Assembly (NCBI GenBank): GCA_040905465.1
Contig: JBBDRK010000052.1
Coordinates: forward strand, 1 to 64,000
Source: Trueperaceae bacterium
GTDB lineage: Bacteria > Deinococcota > Deinococci > Deinococcales > Trueperaceae
DNA: 64,000 nucleotides
Reading direction: 5' to 3'
The notes beneath the pieces were generated by a model. That model saw only the letters and a list, made by a program, of their open reading frames with translations, had not been told where the DNA came from and searched no databases. Below, piece by piece: positions 59,757-64,000 of the stretch (position 1 is the first letter of the stretch; the number at the start of each line of letters is the position of its first letter). A program made the translations under genes and the position numbers.

Positions 59757-59957
59757 GTGGCAGACGTGAGAGCGCGCGAGCGAGTCTCTTTAGCCGGCTA
59801 CGCTCTCGGTGTAGGGCTGGCTTTCGTTCCCCTGATCGGCATACCGATCAGGTTCATGCTCCCGGAAACGCCGGCGTTGCTGAGCTACTCCGGTGCGCTC
59901 GCGCTCGGCCTGCTGACCGGCGCACTGGTTGGCTGGCGACGAGGCATGCGCGCCTGA
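59757..59957 (+). CDS. Small two-TM hypothetical membrane protein
   Basis: RBS GGAGG before GTG; two hydrophobic helices. Confidence 0.65.
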   Translation: MADVRARERVSLAGYALGVGLAFVPLIGIPIRFMLPETPALLSYSGALALGLLTGALVGWRRGMRA

Positions 59958-60062
59958 GGGCCGGCACCGCCCCTTCCGGAATGGGCAATGCTCCTGGCCA
60001 ACACATTCGGGCGGTGCTCGGTCTGATAAAAATAAGGGGAGTGAACACGGCAGGAGGGGACG

Positions 60063-60359
60063 ATGAATGGTCCGGCACAACTGGCCGACTTCACCGGCAC
60101 TGGGGCGCTGAAGCCTGAGCTTACCGACGGCGGGGAGACGGTCCTGACTGGACTGTGGCAGGCGGACGAGCCCGAACACGCCTACGACGAACTGCACCGG
60201 CTGTATATGGCGCGTGAGCGTATTCCTTTCCGGGGCCCCGTGGGCGCGATCAGTCATGGAGGACCGAACGAGGAGTCGCTCGACGTGATCATCCTCGAGT
60301 GGTCCAACGAGGAGCACCCCGCGGCGCTGAAGCTGCAGGGAGCGTCGGAAGAGTTCTGA
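60063..60359 (+). CDS. Acidic hypothetical protein upstream of treZ
   Basis: RBS GGAGGGG, upstream TAAAAT, 98 aa with host-like codon usage. Confidence 0.65.
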   Translation: MNGPAQLADFTGTGALKPELTDGGETVLTGLWQADEPEHAYDELHRLYMARERIPFRGPVGAISHGGPNEESLDVIILEWSNEEHPAALKLQGASEEF

Positions 60360-62143
60360 GACCGCCGGGCAGAGGGAGTCCGGCCGAGCCTTCGCTCGGC
60401 GCCATCCCCGGCCCCGAAGGGGTGACCTTTCGCGTGTGGGCGCCGGCGGCCTCTCGCGTCGAACTCGTATTCGACGGCGGAGGGCCCGTGTCCGCGCTCG
60501 CGACCGAACGCGGCGGGTACCACTCGACGTTCGTTCGGGAGGCCGGCTCAGGAAGCCGCTACCGATACCGGCTCGATGGCGGGCCCGAGTTGCCGGACCC
60601 GGCGTCGCGCTTCCAACCGGAGGGGGTGCACGGACCGTCGCAAGTCGTGGACCCAGGGGCATACCGCTGGCGCCACGAGCGCCCTGACGACGCGTGGGCA
60701 GACCCGGTCGTCTACGAGTTGCACGTGGGGACCTTCAGCTCCGCCGGTACCTTCGCCGCAACCGGCGACAAACTCGCCTACCTGGCGGACTTGGGAGTCG
60801 ACACCATCGAACTGATGCCGCTGGGGGACTTCCCCGGCCGCTGGAACTGGGGTTACGATCCCGGGGCCAGCTTCGCGCCGGCGCGCGTATATGGCGAGCC
60901 TGACGACCTGCGCAGGCTGATCGACCATGCCCACGGCCTGAAGCTCAGGGTCGTTCTCGACGTGGTCTATAACCACTTCGGTCCCGACGGCGCCTACTTG
61001 CCGGCATTCAGCCAGCACGTTCTCACCTCGCGTCACGCTACCCCCTGGGGTCAGGCGGTTGACTTCGACGGCCCCGAGTCCGAAGGGGTGCGCCGCTATT
61101 TCCTGGAGAACGCCCTCATGTGGCTGCGCGAGTACCGGTTCGACGGTCTTCGGCTCGACGCCACGTTCGCCATCATCGACGACGGTCCGACCCATCTGCT
61201 GGCCGAACTCTCCGAGTCGGTCTCGCGGCTCGGCGGACCCAAGCGGCTTTTGATCGCCGAGGACCCGCGTAACCAGCGCAACGTCGTGCTGCCAAGGGAG
61301 CAGGGCGGGCTGGGCCTCGACGCCGTCTGGGCCGACGACTTCCATCACTCGCTGCGCGTCCGCCTGGCAGGCGAAGGGCGCGGCTACTACCGCGATTTCA
61401 GCGGAAGCAGTGCCGACCTCGCTCGAACGTTGCTGGGAAACTGGTTCTACCGCGGCCACCACTCGACCGCTCGGGGTGCCCCTCGCGGCACTCCGGCGAG
61501 CGATCTCCCGCCCGACCGGTTCGTGTACTGCATCGAGAACCACGATCAGGTTGGCAATCGGCCGGACGGGAGCCGGTTGAACCGAGACATCCCGGAAGCG
61601 GCTTACCGGGCGGCGAGCGCCCTGCTTCTCTTCCTGCCGCAACTGCCGATGCTGTTCATGGGTCAGGAGTGGGGAGCGGGCACGCCGTTCCTGTACTTCA
61701 CGGATCACGAGGGGGAGTTGGGCCGGCAAGTGAGCGCCGGCCGTCGACGCGAGTTCGAGTACTTCTCCTCAGGCACGGAAGCACCCGATCCGCAAGACGA
61801 GTCGACGTTCCTGCGCAGCAAGCTCGACTGGTCGGAACCGGAACGCGAGCCTCACGCTGCGACCCTGCGACTCTACCGCGACCTGCTGAAACTGCGGCGG
61901 GGCCTGAGCGGACCGGTGACGATAAGCGAGGTAAACGACGGGGGTTTGTCGGTGCGCCGGTCCGACCGGCTGCTGCTCCTCGCCCTCGAGCCGAACGTGG
62001 AACTGACGCTACCGGCCGGAGCGCGCCTGCTCTGGAGCAGCGAGGTCGCCGACTACGCGGCCGCGCCGGAGCCTCCCATCGTTCATGAGGGGCACGTGCG
62101 GTTTCCGTCGCAGGGGGCGCTGATCGCCGAGGTGCCGGCATGA
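60299..62143 (+). CDS. treZ: Malto-oligosyltrehalose trehalohydrolase
   Basis: FRVWAP, PDPASRFQPEGVHGPS, YELHVGTF, WGYD, DVVYNHFGP, RLDA, WADDFHH, NHDQVGN; start uncertain. Confidence 0.95.
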   Translation: MVQRGAPRGAEAAGSVGRVLRPPGRGSPAEPSLGAIPGPEGVTFRVWAPAASRVELVFDGGGPVSALATERGGYHSTFVREAGSGSRYRYRLDGGPELPDPASRFQPEGVHGPSQVVDPGAYRWRHERPDDAWADPVVYELHVGTFSSAGTFAATGDKLAYLADLGVDTIELMPLGDFPGRWNWGYDPGASFAPARVYGEPDDLRRLIDHAHGLKLRVVLDVVYNHFGPDGAYLPAFSQHVLTSRHATPWGQAVDFDGPESEGVRRYFLENALMWLREYRFDGLRLDATFAIIDDGPTHLLAELSESVSRLGGPKRLLIAEDPRNQRNVVLPREQGGLGLDAVWADDFHHSLRVRLAGEGRGYYRDFSGSSADLARTLLGNWFYRGHHSTARGAPRGTPASDLPPDRFVYCIENHDQVGNRPDGSRLNRDIPEAAYRAASALLLFLPQLPMLFMGQEWGAGTPFLYFTDHEGELGRQVSAGRRREFEYFSSGTEAPDPQDESTFLRSKLDWSEPEREPHAATLRLYRDLLKLRRGLSGPVTISEVNDGGLSVRRSDRLLLLALEPNVELTLPAGARLLWSSEVADYAAAPEPPIVHEGHVRFPSQGALIAEVPA

Positions 62144-64000
62144 ACCGGCAGCGGCCGGCAGGCGGCGAGCCGGCCGCTGCAACTGGCGGCCCCGGAACGA
62201 GCCGGCAGCCCGGCGACGACGATCCGATAGTAGCCAGTTACCGCCTGCAGCTCGCGCCGGAGTTCGGCTTCGACGCCGTGCGGGTCCGGCTTCCCTACTT
62301 CCGTCGACTGGGGGTCAGCCACCTCTATCTCTCCCCGATTACCGAAGCTGTGCGCGGTTCCGCCCACGGCTACGACGTGACCGAACACAATACAGTCCGC
62401 GCCGAGCTGGGCGGGCGCGAGGCGTTCGAGGAGCTTCGGCTGGCAGCCGTGCAGCACGGCCTGAGGCTGATCCTGGATATCGTTCCCAACCACGCAGGGG
62501 TAGGGCCGCACAACGAGGCCTGGCAGGATCTCCTCGCCTACGGCGAGGCCTCCCCCTACTCCCGAACCTTCGATGTCGACTGGCGGCCGCTGAAGCCGGA
62601 GCTACAGGGCAAACTGCTGCTGCCGTTTCTCGGGAGACCCTACGGCGAGGTCCTGGACGATGGCGAGATCGTCGTGAGGTACGAAGGCGGTTACTTCCAT
62701 GCCGAGTACTTCGACAACCGCTTCCGGCTCTCCCCCGCCAGCTACGCCCTTATCCTCACCGAACTCCTGCCGGCGTTCGAAAGGCGGCAAGACTACTTCG
62801 ATCTGCTGGAGCTGCGCGATCTCTACGCGGAACTGGGTCCGGAGGAGCGCGACAAGGGCCAGGCCCTGGCGACCCGGCTGGCAAGCGTAGCCGGCGCCCC
62901 CGACTTCGGGCAGACGTTGGACGGCCTCGACGGCGGCCGGCTCCACGAACTGCTCGAGCTGCAGAACTGGCGGCTCGCCTACTGGAAGACCGCCAGCGAC
63001 GAGATAAATTACCGGCGCTTTTTCGACGTAAACGGCCTGGTGGCGCTGCGCATGGAGGAGCCGGAGGTGTTCTGGGAAGCGCACCGGCTCATGGGCGAGC
63101 TCCTTCTCGAGGAAGGAGTAGACGGGCTTCGCATCGACCATATCGACGGACTCTTCGACCCGCACGCCTACCTGGAGGCCCTGACGGCTCTCGGCGCCCG
63201 GCGAGTGTGGGTGGAGAAGATCCTCGCGCCCGGGGAGACCGTGCCCGGCGACTGGAGCGTTTGCGGCACCACCGGTTACGAGTTCATGAACGACGCCCTG
63301 CGGCTGCTGGTCTACCCCGCGGGCGAGGGGCCGCTGCGCCTGGCCTATCGCCGCTTCCTCGACGGCACCGTCGACTATCGCGACGAGGTGGTCCGCTGCA
63401 AGCGGCTGGTGATGAATACCAGCCTCGCCGGCGAGCTCAGCCGCCTGGCCGGCATGCTCTACCGCCTCTCCGAGGCCGATTACCACACTCGAGACTTCAC
63501 GGCCACCGCACTCCGAGCGGCGCTGGCGGACGTGATCGCCTCGTTCGACCGCTACCGGACGTACTTGCCCCACGACCAAGCGAGCGCCGAGGAAGGTTTG
63601 CGCAGGGCCCTGGCGGAGGCCAGGCGCCGGGCCGAGAACGTGGAGACCTCGGCACACGAGTTCGTGCTGCGCTGCCTCCTCGAGCCGCTGCCCGACGAGC
63701 TCGAGCCCACTCGCGCCGCCTTCGTCGGACGATTCCAGCAGTACACCGCTCCCGTCGCTGCCAAGGGGGTCGAAGACACCGCCTTCTATCGCTTCGTGCC
63801 GCTCGCGGCCCTCAACGAGGTCGGCGGCGAGCCCGATCACTTCACGGTCGAGGAGCAGGCCTTCCACTCTCGCGCGCGCTTTCGCCAGCACAGCTATCCG
63901 AACAACCTGCTCCCCACCGCCACTCACGATCACAAGCGCGGTGAAGACACCCGGATGCGGTTGGTGGTACTGAGCGAACTGACCGAAAGCTGGCAGGAAA
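62140..64000 (+). CDS. treY: Malto-oligosyltrehalose synthase (3' truncated by the window edge)
   Basis: ATGA overlap with treZ; SYRLQL, GVSHLYLSP, HGYDV, DIVPNH, NYRRFFDV, RIDHIDGL, AKGVEDTAFYR, THDHKRGED. Not in the ORF track. Confidence 0.95.
   Translation, partial: MNRQRPAGGEPAAATGGPGTSRQPGDDDPIVASYRLQLAPEFGFDAVRVRLPYFRRLGVSHLYLSPITEAVRGSAHGYDVTEHNTVRAELGGREAFEELRLAAVQHGLRLILDIVPNHAGVGPHNEAWQDLLAYGEASPYSRTFDVDWRPLKPELQGKLLLPFLGRPYGEVLDDGEIVVRYEGGYFHAEYFDNRFRLSPASYALILTELLPAFERRQDYFDLLELRDLYAELGPEERDKGQALATRLASVAGAPDFGQTLDGLDGGRLHELLELQNWRLAYWKTASDEINYRRFFDVNGLVALRMEEPEVFWEAHRLMGELLLEEGVDGLRIDHIDGLFDPHAYLEALTALGARRVWVEKILAPGETVPGDWSVCGTTGYEFMNDALRLLVYPAGEGPLRLAYRRFLDGTVDYRDEVVRCKRLVMNTSLAGELSRLAGMLYRLSEADYHTRDFTATALRAALADVIASFDRYRTYLPHDQASAEEGLRRALAEARRRAENVETSAHEFVLRCLLEPLPDELEPTRAAFVGRFQQYTAPVAAKGVEDTAFYRFVPLAALNEVGGEPDHFTVEEQAFHSRARFRQHSYPNNLLPTATHDHKRGEDTRMRLVVLSELTESWQE

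Overview
Most of this window (about 3.2-64 kb) is high-GC core chromosome. It is most likely from a Deinococcota bacterium, possibly Trueperaceae-like; this is an inference from the S1, ArgS, RecJ and TmpR-like proteins and from many -10 boxes lying 6-8 nt before start codons. Recognisable genes include rpsA, lemA, mnmA, recJ, argS, lon, tpiA, argB, exbB/exbD, ppc, a DinG-type helicase, tRNA-Leu(GAG), trmH, lipBA, pdxS/pdxT, trpEGD, fabI, polA, glmM and treZ/treY. The first ~3 kb is visibly lower in GC and holds the most interesting structure, most of it absent from the ORF track. A 33-aa signal-peptide-shaped ORF (556-657, minus) has its own RBS, promoter, terminator and a ~230-nt hairpin-rich leader. 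It is divergent from a TPR + SARP-type winged-helix regulator (1059-2738). Downstream of the regulator is a candidate ~80-nt sRNA (about 2917-2996), preceded by 11-bp-period direct repeats. This RNA is perfectly antisense to the peptide RBS over 12 nt, and its CUCCCA loops complement the UGGGAG loops in the peptide leader. Together these suggest a peptide-signalling circuit with RNA feedback, which remains a hypothesis. A second notable locus is exbB-exbD followed by a TonB/TolA-like protein ending in a DUF3048/YerB-like domain. No database searches or folding programs were run; family assignments come from motif recognition by eye.
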